Shown one piece after another: positions 18,696 to 26,676 of a DNA stretch of 29,332 nt. The DNA comes from a virus. The translations under genes and the position numbers were made by a program. The notes under the pieces were generated by a model. That model had not been told where the DNA came from. It saw only the letters and a program-made list of their open reading frames with translations, and did no database searches. How positions within the stretch are numbered: the stretch's first letter is position 1; every line of letters starts with the position of its first letter. The stretch lies in the IMG/VR virus record IMGVR_UViG_3300049445_000358; one strand, 5' to 3'.

Positions 18696-18875
18696 CTACT
18701 TTAATCGTTCAAGCTCCGCTATGTGATCTAGAGCCTCTTTGAGTTGGCCCTTCAGCATCAAGTTCTCAACTTCCAGATTAAGAGCTCGTTGCACCCATGA
18801 GTTCCTTTGCTCAACAATGATCTCCGTAGCTGTTGGTAGCCTTACCGGCTCGATAGTTTTCGGGTTATCGGACAT
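18696..18875 (-). CDS. Small coiled-coil protein (possible fibre chaperone)
   Basis: Not in the ORF track (59 aa): MSDNPKTIEPVRLPTATEIIVEQRNSWVQRALNLEVENLMLKGQLKEALDHIAELERLK. It fills the gap between the flanking genes. Confidence 0.65.
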   Translation of the reverse strand: MSDNPKTIEPVRLPTATEIIVEQRNSWVQRALNLEVENLMLKGQLKEALDHIAELERLK

Positions 18876-18876
18876 T

Positions 18877-19128
18877 CTACGGGATGGGCTGGACTACAAT
18901 AGCAGCCACACCCACAGCCTTTTCCTGGTTCATTGTGTTGCTTTTCAGTTCATCAAAGATCTGAGCCTCTATACGAGACCAAACCGCCTGTGTGGAGGCT
19001 CCTGCAGGCGCTCTAAGAATGGCCCGATATGCTTCAATAATACGGGTAGCATTAGCATCGGTGAGAGAGGAGGTCTCCGTCAGAGTCCCTCCAGTATCCA
19101 GAGCCATCGTCATCGTGAAAATAGCCAT
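18877..19128 (-). CDS. Hypothetical protein (fibre module)
   Basis: 83 aa, SD AAGGA, co-oriented. Confidence 0.65.
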   Translation of the reverse strand: MAIFTMTMALDTGGTLTETSSLTDANATRIIEAYRAILRAPAGASTQAVWSRIEAQIFDELKSNTMNQEKAVGVAAIVVQPIP

Positions 19129-19140
19129 TGACTCATTCCT

Positions 19141-20826
19141 TTATGAGGAGGGAGCGGCAATCTGTATGAAGTGGATGGTTAGTCGTACCCGACCAACATT
19201 GGTGGCTGGAGTGCCTCCAGCAGGAGTAATTACTATTGGTGTAGCTGCGCCGTAGAACCCGGCGGTAACTGCACCGTTAACGGCGGTGGTGTTAATAGCC
19301 ACTGAGATACCTGTACCGTAACGAGTAGTTGCCCCACCTACACCAACACTGAAAGAAGTCGCAGGAGCAGGAATTGCCGTAGTAACCCGGACAGAGACTC
19401 CGATCACAAACGAGTTGGTCGGTATTTGTATGGTCGACGTTGTAGAAGCGGCTGCTGCGATAGTAACATTCTCGGTGATCTGCTGTATCGCAGTGTATTG
19501 ATTGTTGTTGGCGTCAATCGTGTAAATACTTGCAAGGTTCAAGAAGCTGGAGTAGACTCCGAGACCGCCATTATCTATAGTAGCTCTATTGTTGTTATTA
19601 GTCCCGAATAAAATAGACAGGTTTTCATAGCACCAGATGTACGAGAAGTTGCCGTCAGCTATACCAATTTCAAATCCATCAAGGTCTGTTATGCCTGAGG
19701 CCGACGTATGAAAGATAACAGACGCCTGAGAGCCGGAGGTAGTGATATCCAGCGTCTTAGTCGAGACTGGAGCGAGAACACCGATACCTACCGAACCGGC
19801 GTCGGTCAGACTCAGGAGAGGTATAGTGGATCCAGAATTGTAGAACACAACACCGCCAGTATCAGTATTCCTAATGTAGAAGTGAGGATTCGCTCCAGAG
19901 TCGAAGTTCTTGCCTAGAATACCACCCCCTGCTTCTACACCATATACTCCGCTAACAGACGTATAGTTAAAAGTACCCTTGCCAGTAACAGAGAGGTTTG
20001 TCGCACCTGGATCTGTCGTATTACCTAAAGAGAGGCCGCCGGAAGCGTGTAGACGAAGGCGCTCTGCAAAAGTACCTCCCGAGTTCATGGTACTGACATT
20101 AAAGTTCGCAGGGACTATGCCAGTAGAGACTGTCCCTTCAACTTGTCCTCGGAGAATGACCGAGTTGACGGGAATATTACCGTTGGCAGAGGCGTCATCA
20201 CCCCAGCCCTCAATCTGGAACAGTCTATCTCCTGCTACTACAGCAGCTGCCGCAGCAAACGTACCCCGACTCTTACCGAATCTATGAACAGGTCCGTTAG
20301 TATTAGCTGCAAATCTGGCGTTACTAGCTCCGTTCTGACTGCTTAGAGTACTGGCTCCTTGTAGCCCTCCCACCAAGAGGCCGGACTGCCCTACTTCTAA
20401 GGCACCAGCCGTGGCGGCGGAGATATTTAGTCCTACTCCTGTTGCGTCTCCTATATTTGGAGTTATTAACGTGGGGGAAGTCTGTAAGACCAGGTTTCCC
20501 GTGCCGGTTGCCGCAAAGTCAGAAGCTCTCTGGCAGAAGAAAACCTGTGCAGTACTAGACATAGTTATGCGGGTGCTCCCGGCAACACCCGCTATTATAG
20601 AGAAAGGCGTAGCGTCTCTCGTAAGAGTTGGCCCCGTCGTAGAGTAGGACCCAGTTCCTAGTTCACTATTGACTCCGTCAGCTATACCGTAGACGACAGT
20701 CGTTCCATTGGGAACACCAACATCCGAAGGCAGAGCACGCCCGTCTACACGAGCGCCTACTGTGAGAGTGGCTCCACTCCCTGTTGTTGGTGTAAAGAAC
20801 CGAACCAGGTCCCACGGCTGCTGCAT
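19141..20826 (-). CDS. Fibre / receptor-binding protein
   Basis: 561 aa, Gly/Thr/Ser-rich. The N-terminus 'DLVRFFTPTTGSGATLTVG...TVVYGIADGVNSELGTGSYSTTGPTLTRD' matches a common fibre N-terminal domain. 'ERLRLHASG' and 'GSVGIG' are beta-helix motifs. The C-terminal 'IQIPTNSFVIGVSVRVTTAI...GRVRLTIHF' resembles the C-domain of DUF2793-type alphaproteobacterial phage/GTA fibres. Confidence 0.75.
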   Translation of the reverse strand: MQQPWDLVRFFTPTTGSGATLTVGARVDGRALPSDVGVPNGTTVVYGIADGVNSELGTGSYSTTGPTLTRDATPFSIIAGVAGSTRITMSSTAQVFFCQRASDFAATGTGNLVLQTSPTLITPNIGDATGVGLNISAATAGALEVGQSGLLVGGLQGASTLSSQNGASNARFAANTNGPVHRFGKSRGTFAAAAAVVAGDRLFQIEGWGDDASANGNIPVNSVILRGQVEGTVSTGIVPANFNVSTMNSGGTFAERLRLHASGGLSLGNTTDPGATNLSVTGKGTFNYTSVSGVYGVEAGGGILGKNFDSGANPHFYIRNTDTGGVVFYNSGSTIPLLSLTDAGSVGIGVLAPVSTKTLDITTSGSQASVIFHTSASGITDLDGFEIGIADGNFSYIWCYENLSILFGTNNNNRATIDNGGLGVYSSFLNLASIYTIDANNNQYTAIQQITENVTIAAAASTTSTIQIPTNSFVIGVSVRVTTAIPAPATSFSVGVGGATTRYGTGISVAINTTAVNGAVTAGFYGAATPIVITPAGGTPATNVGRVRLTIHFIQIAAPSS

Positions 20827-20829
20827 AGA

Positions 20830-21417
20830 TTACGCCGCGAGAGAGTAGCTCACATTGATCGTGTCGCCGTTCAGCACTGGGCGATCGCCGCCGGTGAACA
20901 GGCCTGCTGACAGCAGCGTCCCAGCGGTGTTGGCGATAGTCGAGAGAGCACCAGTACCCGTCCAGATCGCGCAGCCCTTGACCGTCCCGGTCCCTGTGAT
21001 CGCAAAGACCAGAGCTGCCGAAGTCGCTTTCACGCCTGCGGATGCAGCAGAGAATACGACGGTTTTACGAGGGATCGTGTAAGTCGGAGCGTTCGCCACA
21101 CCTGCTTCGAGCCAGCCCGCATGTGAGGCTGACGTGTCTGCCGCGGATATCGCCGAGAACGAAGCACTGCTGATCAGACCCATGAAGGGGCCGACGGTTG
21201 TGTAGGCAGACCCGGCAAGAACCGTATCGAGCACCAGGTTCTTCCCGATGGTCATGACGGTGTTCTTGAAGTCTTCCTTCCAGATCAGCACTCCCTCGCG
21301 GTAGTGCTCGAGATGGAACTCACCCTCGAGCAAGAACTTCTCGAAGTGGGCGATCGACCGGATCACCTGGGCGTCCTGGACGGAACGGGACCTCATTCCT
21401 TCACGAATTGTTTGCAT
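20830..21417 (-). CDS. Virion structural protein (fibre-module associated)
   Basis: 195 aa with 'WKEDFKNTVMTIGKNLVLDTVLAGSAYT...FMGLIS...GTLLSAGLFTGGDRPVLNGDTINVSYSL', a widespread phage structural family found next to fibre genes. Confidence 0.7.
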   Translation of the reverse strand: MQTIREGMRSRSVQDAQVIRSIAHFEKFLLEGEFHLEHYREGVLIWKEDFKNTVMTIGKNLVLDTVLAGSAYTTVGPFMGLISSASFSAISAADTSASHAGWLEAGVANAPTYTIPRKTVVFSAASAGVKATSAALVFAITGTGTVKGCAIWTGTGALSTIANTAGTLLSAGLFTGGDRPVLNGDTINVSYSLAA

Positions 21418-21419
21418 AG

Positions 21420-21806
21420 CTATTCACCCCGCGCGTCAACGACCAACTGGGCCAGCTGGTCGATCTCAGGTCCCTTGTGGTTCCCGTCTTCCAGCTTCTT
21501 GAGAGCGTCCTCGGCGATCTTGTGCCTCTCTTCGTCGCTGCTTGTCGCCTCGTGCTTCTCGAGGGCTTCCCGGTGGATCTTCTCGACCTCTTCCTTAGGC
21601 ATCGGAGGCTTCTCTCGAGCGGCCTTCTCAGCAGCGAGGAGCTTCTGGGTCAGGGCTTCATGTTGGTCCCGCAGCTCCTGAAGGGTCGGCTCCCTCCCTG
21701 CGGAAGCGGGAGCGGGAGCGGGAGCGGGAGCGCTTGTTGGAGCGGCAGCCTGCTCGTGTGAGGTTGCAGGCGCAGGCGTAGAAGTAGGCGGACGTGCGTC
21801 GCTCAT
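21420..21806 (-). CDS. Hypothetical protein (Pro/Ala-rich N-terminus, charged helical C-terminus)
   Basis: 128 aa, SD AGGAG, contains a (GCTCCC)n Ala-Pro repeat. Confidence 0.7.
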   Translation of the reverse strand: MSDARPPTSTPAPATSHEQAAAPTSAPAPAPAPASAGREPTLQELRDQHEALTQKLLAAEKAAREKPPMPKEEVEKIHREALEKHEATSSDEERHKIAEDALKKLEDGNHKGPEIDQLAQLVVDARGE

Positions 21807-21821
21807 GATATGATCTCCTAG

Positions 21822-22190
21822 TTATTGTTGCTGCCTGCCCTGCATGGGGTCCGGCTCGGGCCTGTTTAACTTGTCCTGGATCTCCCGGAGCTTCTGCTGG
21901 GCAGCATCGAGCTTCTCCGCAGGAATCCCGGGCTGCGGGGCTGCTGGCGGAACCTGTATCGCTACTGGAGCTGGAGCTGGAGCACCCGCAGCTTGCGGAG
22001 CCTGGAGGAGCTGTGGAGATTGAGTTGGAGGGTAGGACCTACGCGGTCCCTCCTTCGGACCGAAGAAGGAGGTGTAGTACCACGGGTAGATGCCCGCTTG
22101 GATGGAAGGAGGCCCCAAGTAATGAGGCGGCTGGTCATAGCTGACGCATCCCTGGCACATCAAAGCGGCAAGAAGAAAGACCCTGGTCAT
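21822..22190 (-). CDS. Proline-rich lipoprotein (o-spanin-like candidate)
   Basis: Signal 'MTRVFLLAALMCQG-C' with a lipobox-like Cys and a Pro/Gln-rich mature part. Its start overlaps the upstream stop. Confidence 0.5.
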   Translation of the reverse strand: MTRVFLLAALMCQGCVSYDQPPHYLGPPSIQAGIYPWYYTSFFGPKEGPRRSYPPTQSPQLLQAPQAAGAPAPAPVAIQVPPAAPQPGIPAEKLDAAQQKLREIQDKLNRPEPDPMQGRQQQ

Positions 22191-22600
22191 TTCTTTGAGC
22201 TCCCGTTCGGCATTGCGTCTATCCTGGCCTGCTGGATGCGAATGTCCGTCAAGATCTTCTGGAACTCGGTTGCGCTCTGCCTCATCTCGCTACGGAAGGC
22301 GGCCTCTTCTGCCCTGCTTGCCGTATTGTCTGATCGGAGCTGGAGGATCTGGGCATCCTGGAGCTTGTTCTCCGTACGCAGCTCAACGACCATCTGTCTA
22401 AGTTCGGAACCCGTATTCTTGATTCCTTCTCTGAGGTCCATAACAAACCAGGCAACGCTCCCGATCGTACCCAGGATGAGCACGATGTGCGAAATGTTGA
22501 TAGTGAAGTCAAAAATCTTCGACCTGGCATATGGCGTCGGAGTCGGAGTCGGAGTTTCATGTGCTTCAGGCAAGTTTTCAACCTCCGATTCCGCAACCAT
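22187..22600 (-). CDS. Single-TM coiled-coil protein (i-spanin-like candidate)
   Basis: The likely start is ATG 22600 (MVAESEV...). A TM segment 'ISHIVLILGTIGSVAWFVM' is followed by a coiled coil. The longer start at 22810 overlaps the upstream gene. Confidence 0.5.
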   Translation of the reverse strand: MVAESEVENLPEAHETPTPTPTPYARSKIFDFTINISHIVLILGTIGSVAWFVMDLREGIKNTGSELRQMVVELRTENKLQDAQILQLRSDNTASRAEEAAFRSEMRQSATEFQKILTDIRIQQARIDAMPNGSSKK

Positions 22601-22658
22601 GACGGGGTCCCTAAGCACAGGGCGGATACTCGGGTAAGGTCCGAGGTTAGGCTCAGGT

Positions 22659-22889
22659 TTATGGCTGATCCTCCTCGACATCAGCAGTGGCCGCCTGGAA
22701 AGCCTCATGAGCGGCACGAAGCGCGTCGTCGACCTGCTGTTGCTGCTCGGGGGTGGCTGGATCTTCCGATGTGACGGTCTCCCATAGGTCCTTCGCCTGA
22801 TGGACGACATCGGCCCCGACCTTCACCAGAGTAGGTGCGGCCTTGATAGCTTCGATGATGAAAGGGAGAATGGCTGCAGCTGCGCCCAT
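22659..22889 (-). CDS. Small amphipathic protein (lysis cluster)
   Basis: 76 aa, SD AGGAG, follows the lipoprotein gene. Confidence 0.7.
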   Translation of the reverse strand: MGAAAAILPFIIEAIKAAPTLVKVGADVVHQAKDLWETVTSEDPATPEQQQQVDDALRAAHEAFQAATADVEEDQP

Positions 22890-22930
22890 AATGGACTCCT
22901 GAGCTATATGTGAGATTGGGAGGGGCTACG

Positions 22931-23302
22931 TCAGGTGCGTGGGATCGCGGACTGGAAGGTCTGTATTGCCGACATCGCAAAGTCGATCAGTTGCTCGTTT
23001 TGGCGCGCCTGGATGACAGCATTGTATGCAGCCGACTCAAGCGATCGCAGCTTCCTGACGATGATGGTATCGGAGCAGAGCTTGGTCGAGCTCACCCCAC
23101 AACGGGGAAGCGTTACGTAGGCCATCGCAGCGGTCTCGGCGAGGGTCAGAGCTTGCTCGGCACCAACGATCGACCGGGAGATGACCGGGTTCGAGCTCGG
23201 CGGAGCATAGACGACCGGTGCTCCTCCTGGACCGAGAGCAGGCGGGACTTGCCCACAGGCACCGAGGATTAAAGTAGCCGACAGAGCTATCGCACGGTAC
23301 AT
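22931..23302 (-). CDS. Lipoprotein (lysis cluster)
   Basis: 'MYRAIALSATLILGA-C' is a canonical lipobox. SD AAGGAGG. Confidence 0.75.
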   Translation of the reverse strand: MYRAIALSATLILGACGQVPPALGPGGAPVVYAPPSSNPVISRSIVGAEQALTLAETAAMAYVTLPRCGVSSTKLCSDTIIVRKLRSLESAAYNAVIQARQNEQLIDFAMSAIQTFQSAIPRT

Positions 23303-23362
23303 GGAGACCTCCTTCTTATTGGTGGCTAGTGGCTGGTTGTTGGTTGGTTGCTGGTTGTAGTG

Positions 23363-23758
23363 TCAGCCGGCCATCACTTTGGTGCCGACAGGAGTAACGG
23401 CGATTGCGACAGGCTGTACATCTGCCGGGGTGTTGTTGGCAGTCGCAACAGCTGACTGGGCAGCTGAGGCAGCAGCTGCGCGATACTTGGCGATCTCCGC
23501 CTTAACCTTGTTCCAGCCTGATGAGAACAGGATGACGATCAGGATCGCGCCGGAGATATACTGCTGGGATTGCTCCCCTTCGACCCAGCGAGCCCAGGCG
23601 AACCCCATTCCGTCCAGGACCGCGATGACACCGCGGAGCTGCCCCCACAGGATCGGAAACCAGGCGCTGTTGGGCACCCCCGGGATGAACTGGGGGATGA
23701 CATCCAGCAGCTTCCTAGCGGACTCCTCAGTCGGAGGGATCTGGATGGGATCCGACAT
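23363..23758 (-). CDS. Putative holin
   Basis: About 131 aa with two hydrophobic segments ('LRGVIAVLDGMGFAW', 'YISGAILIVILFSSGW') followed by a basic stretch. It lies near the endolysin and has a TGATG overlap with the upstream gene. Confidence 0.5.
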   Translation of the reverse strand: MSDPIQIPPTEESARKLLDVIPQFIPGVPNSAWFPILWGQLRGVIAVLDGMGFAWARWVEGEQSQQYISGAILIVILFSSGWNKVKAEIAKYRAAAASAAQSAVATANNTPADVQPVAIAVTPVGTKVMAG

Positions 23759-23928
23759 CACAGCTTCCCAAACACGAGCAGGATGATCAGGATCACCAGG
23801 AGGATGCCAGGGAGCCCGATGCCATAGCCGCCATAGCCATAGCCATAGCCTCTCGGCGCCCAGGGACCTATGCCCCCGAAGATGACCGCCAGTATGACTA
23901 TAAGGAGGATGATGCCTAATACGCTCAT
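23758..23928 (-). CDS. Small two-TM membrane protein (DUF3309-like)
   Basis: Not in the ORF track (56 aa): MSVLGIILLIVILAVIFGGIGPWAPRGYGYGYGGYGIGLPGILLVILIILLVFGKL. SD GAGG. Confidence 0.75.
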   Translation of the reverse strand: MSVLGIILLIVILAVIFGGIGPWAPRGYGYGYGGYGIGLPGILLVILIILLVFGKL

Positions 23929-23978
23929 GCTAGCCTCACTCTTTCTGCAACACGCTGAGGGTCCGACGAGACGTCGAG

Positions 23979-24644
23979 TCAGCTCGTGCGGTAGTCCAGG
24001 TGCTTCAGGAAGTCCTCATAGGTGTCTGCAATCAGAGAGGCATGATCGGTGCCGTTGATGATCCGACGAGCACCAATCGGGTCATCCGTTGTGTCGCTGA
24101 AGTAGTCCTCGAGTGATTTCCCTGTGAATGTGAAATTCTCGGTGTCGGAGAAATCCTCGAAGATGATCTTGGCGTCAGTCATGCCGGCGAACATGACCTT
24201 AGCAGCAATATCCGGACGGAGAGCGAGATCGGGGTTCCCCACAAGGTCGACTCCGGTAATGTCGGAGGCGTGCTTGTAGTTGACCTCCCAGGTCATCTGG
24301 ACGTAGCCACGACCGCAGTATTTGGCGCCGTCACCAGGGAGGACGTTGCCCATCTTACGAGCGGTATCCGGACGCTTGCCGTTGGGGCCGTACATCCGCT
24401 CGAAGTAATTGAAGTCTCCGTATTCCTTGATCGGCTGCATCGTGGCTGCAGTCTCGTGGTAGGTTGTCGCCAACATGTAGGCGAGCCACCGGAGGTCGTC
24501 GAAGACTGACTCGTCCCAGGCATCAACGATCGCGTCGATCCCCTCGACCTGCTTCTGCGTGAAGTGGCCGTGGAAGATATCCGCTCGGATGCCGTCGAAG
24601 AGCTTCTTCCTGTCGACCAAATCGGTAACTGGGCGATCAACCAT
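23979..24644 (-). CDS. Endolysin, glycoside hydrolase family 19 (chitinase-like)
   Basis: 'LAYMLATTYHETAATMQPIKE', 'GDGAKYCGRGYVQMTWEVNY', 'DLVGNPDLAL' and 'ARRIINGTD' are GH19 endolysin motifs. Confidence 0.9.
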   Translation of the reverse strand: MVDRPVTDLVDRKKLFDGIRADIFHGHFTQKQVEGIDAIVDAWDESVFDDLRWLAYMLATTYHETAATMQPIKEYGDFNYFERMYGPNGKRPDTARKMGNVLPGDGAKYCGRGYVQMTWEVNYKHASDITGVDLVGNPDLALRPDIAAKVMFAGMTDAKIIFEDFSDTENFTFTGKSLEDYFSDTTDDPIGARRIINGTDHASLIADTYEDFLKHLDYRTS

Positions 24645-24647
24645 TGT

Positions 24648-25955
24648 TCAATCCTCATCTTCTGCTGGTTCAGCAGGATGTTGGAGGTCAGTTCTCGCCT
24701 GCTCGCGGGCTTCCAACTCTGCTGTTGCGTCCTTGCGGTGCTTTGCTCGATTGAAGATCACCGCTAACCTACGCATCCGATCTTCATCGGATATCGAGCC
24801 CTCCTGTTGCACTTTGTTAAGGTCCGACGAGCTCTGCGAGCTCTGCGATGCACCGCCCCCGGAGGATGGGGGTTGGATGATGAGGTTGTTGTTTTCGTCG
24901 TAGACCTGACGAGGCCTCCCGCGAGCGGATCCCTCGGAAGACGAACCAGCACGCCCTCCGACGAGCACGGGATCGACGCCCGCGAGAGACCGTAGCATCG
25001 ACACAACCGAGGCTGCCGATTCTGTCGATGGAGGAGCATTGCCTGGCAATCCCAAGCTTAAGCGTTGTGCCGTGCTGAGTGTCTTGAGGAAGTCAACCAG
25101 GACTCTTGGGGTCATGTCGCGCCAGAAGATAATCCGGCCGTCTTCGTCCTTGGACTCTTCAGTGGTGCCGTTGATGTAGCCCAGCACCCTGTTGTACAGG
25201 GTAGTAGCATCCTGGTAGTGAGTGTTTTGTAGTTGAAGGGACATCATCGCCTGTGACCGGCGGATCCCGTCCAGGTAGAACAGGTCGTGAGCCCTCGCGC
25301 GTGGCCCCCAATAGTAGAGGGTGAACCACTCTTGGAGCTTCCGGTTCGTCTCGATGCTGAGCTCCCGGTTGATCTCGAACTCTTCCTGCTCTCTGTTATG
25401 CTCCGTCTGGAACTCTTCCTCCGCCGTGGTCGCTTGGCGCAGAGCTGGAGGCCCTAACCGCTTGAGTTGTAGGGGGTGTGAGCTGCCTAGGGCGATCGCT
25501 TGGATCTCCGGGGTGCATGCCAACGCGAACAGACGGCGCGTCCCCTCGTTCTTGCCCTGGTTCAGGTAGCGCTCGAAGGCGTAGAACGCATCGATCGGTT
25601 CGAACTCGAGGTGATGCCAGAATGGGATGCCCGACTTGCTGTCTGTTGGGAACCCTTCGCGGAAGTCCAGCGGGACGTAGGCCGCACGGACTGCACGCTC
25701 ATTTAGGACCAGTAGAGGGCCATCGTCCGTAAGCACACCCTCTGAGAGATTTGCTTCGCCGACTTGGAGCAGGGCTTCCTGTGGGACCACTCGGACTACG
25801 ACATGTTCATGTAGGAGGTCAGAGCGGTGGTACCCCTCAGGCAGACCTAAGGTGTTCAAGGGGACTCGCTTGGAGGCCTCTTTGACGATGTCCGCTCGGC
25901 TCACCCGATAGTTTTCGGGCGGGGAGGGAGTGGGTACTGGAGCTAGGCCGTCCAT
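24648..25955 (-). CDS. Terminase small subunit-like protein
   Basis: 435 aa, first gene of the leftward region. 'FWHHLEFEPIDAFYAFERYLNQG...RRL...EWFTLYYWGPRARAHD' resembles the W...E...A..AF..Y...G...W..RA.A.D pattern of one TerS family. It is longer than usual for TerS. Confidence 0.5.
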   Translation of the reverse strand: MDGLAPVPTPSPPENYRVSRADIVKEASKRVPLNTLGLPEGYHRSDLLHEHVVVRVVPQEALLQVGEANLSEGVLTDDGPLLVLNERAVRAAYVPLDFREGFPTDSKSGIPFWHHLEFEPIDAFYAFERYLNQGKNEGTRRLFALACTPEIQAIALGSSHPLQLKRLGPPALRQATTAEEEFQTEHNREQEEFEINRELSIETNRKLQEWFTLYYWGPRARAHDLFYLDGIRRSQAMMSLQLQNTHYQDATTLYNRVLGYINGTTEESKDEDGRIIFWRDMTPRVLVDFLKTLSTAQRLSLGLPGNAPPSTESAASVVSMLRSLAGVDPVLVGGRAGSSSEGSARGRPRQVYDENNNLIIQPPSSGGGASQSSQSSSDLNKVQQEGSISDEDRMRRLAVIFNRAKHRKDATAELEAREQARTDLQHPAEPAEDED

Positions 25956-26073
25956 GTGTCTTCGACTTTTAACTCCTTTAATCCTCGTGTATTATCAAAC
26001 ATGGTCGTTGGGAACATCAACAACCAAATTATAGGCGACCATAATTTCAGCCCTAGTGGGTGACCAGTCTTGC

Positions 26074-26177
26074 AGGCACATTGCCCTTCTTGGGTGGGTT
26101 TTTCATTTTTGGGGTTAGGATCTCCGGAAGGCACATTGCCTACTTTCCTCAGGTTTTTGCTTTTTGGGGTTAGGATC
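26074..26177. repeat. Imperfect 55-bp-period tandem duplication
   Basis: AGGCACATTGCC at 26074 and 26129; TTTTTGGGGTTAGGATC at 26106 and 26161. Confidence 0.85.
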
Positions 26178-26190
26178 CAGGTGCTATATA

Positions 26191-26239
26191 TTGTACGAAC
26201 GTTGATTGTAAACAATGTGTTTACAAAACGATCGTACAA
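26191..26239. repeat. 49-bp imperfect inverted repeat upstream of first early gene
   Basis: TTGTACGA-a-CGTT-ga-TTGTAAACA-atg-TGTTTACAA-AACG-a-TCGTACAA. Confidence 0.85.
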
Positions 26240-26252
26240 AAAGGAGAGTAAA

Positions 26253-26486
26253 ATGTTGAAGATCGTAAGAAAAGGTTCGAACAATAAGTACAATGGTACA
26301 GTTGTTGTTACCGATAACGATGTAAACAAGATCGAACGTACTTTCAGTTCGAAGTTCGAAGCGTTTACGTTCGGTATCGAACAAAATTGGACAAAAAAGT
26401 GTGTTATGAAGTACTGTTTACAAACCGAAAACAATCAGTACTTTCACAACTACCTAATTAAGTACCGTTCGAACGAAAACAAATAG
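26253..26486 (+). CDS. Small early protein, paralog A (77 aa, GpC-depleted DNA)
   Basis: SD AAGGAG at 26241, ATG at 26253. 44/76 aa identical to 26917..27147. Followed by a terminator. Confidence 0.85.
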   Translation: MLKIVRKGSNNKYNGTVVVTDNDVNKIERTFSSKFEAFTFGIEQNWTKKCVMKYCLQTENNQYFHNYLIKYRSNENK

Positions 26487-26511
26487 TTCGAACGAACGAA
26501 CGAACGAAAGG

Positions 26512-26544
26512 AAGGTACGATCGAAAGATCGTACCTTTCTTTTT
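26512..26544 (+). terminator. Rho-independent terminator
   Basis: AAGGTACGATC-GAAA-GATCGTACCTT followed by TCTTTTT. Confidence 0.85.
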
Positions 26545-26556
26545 GTTCGTAAAGGG

Positions 26557-26600
26557 TCATCTTCATGAAGATGAACGGGGCGTCATGTTCATGAACATGA
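26557..26600. promoter_or_regulatory. Pair of perfect 18-bp palindromes (operator-like)
   Basis: TCATCTTCATGAAGATGA (26557-26574) and TCATGTTCATGAACATGA (26583-26600). Confidence 0.65.
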
Positions 26601-26603
26601 ACT

Positions 26604-26676
26604 GGCCCGGCGGCCCGGCGGGAGGGCCTCCCTTTGGCCCGGCGGCCCGGTCGCCCTCCCTTCCCTGGGGCCCGGC
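26604..26676. repeat. GGCCCGG(C) repeat cluster
   Basis: Copies at 26604, 26612, 26636, 26644 and 26669, with a further copy at 27201. Confidence 0.8.

Noticed and set aside
15042-18704. Many + strand ORFs over the repeat gene
   Set aside because: They are antisense shadows of the repetitive minus-strand CDS, with no SD or independent signal.
25943-26434. 163-aa minus-strand ORF and the 26070 upstream start of paralog A
   Set aside because: The SD, the paralog alignment and the terminator all support only 26253..26486 on the + strand.
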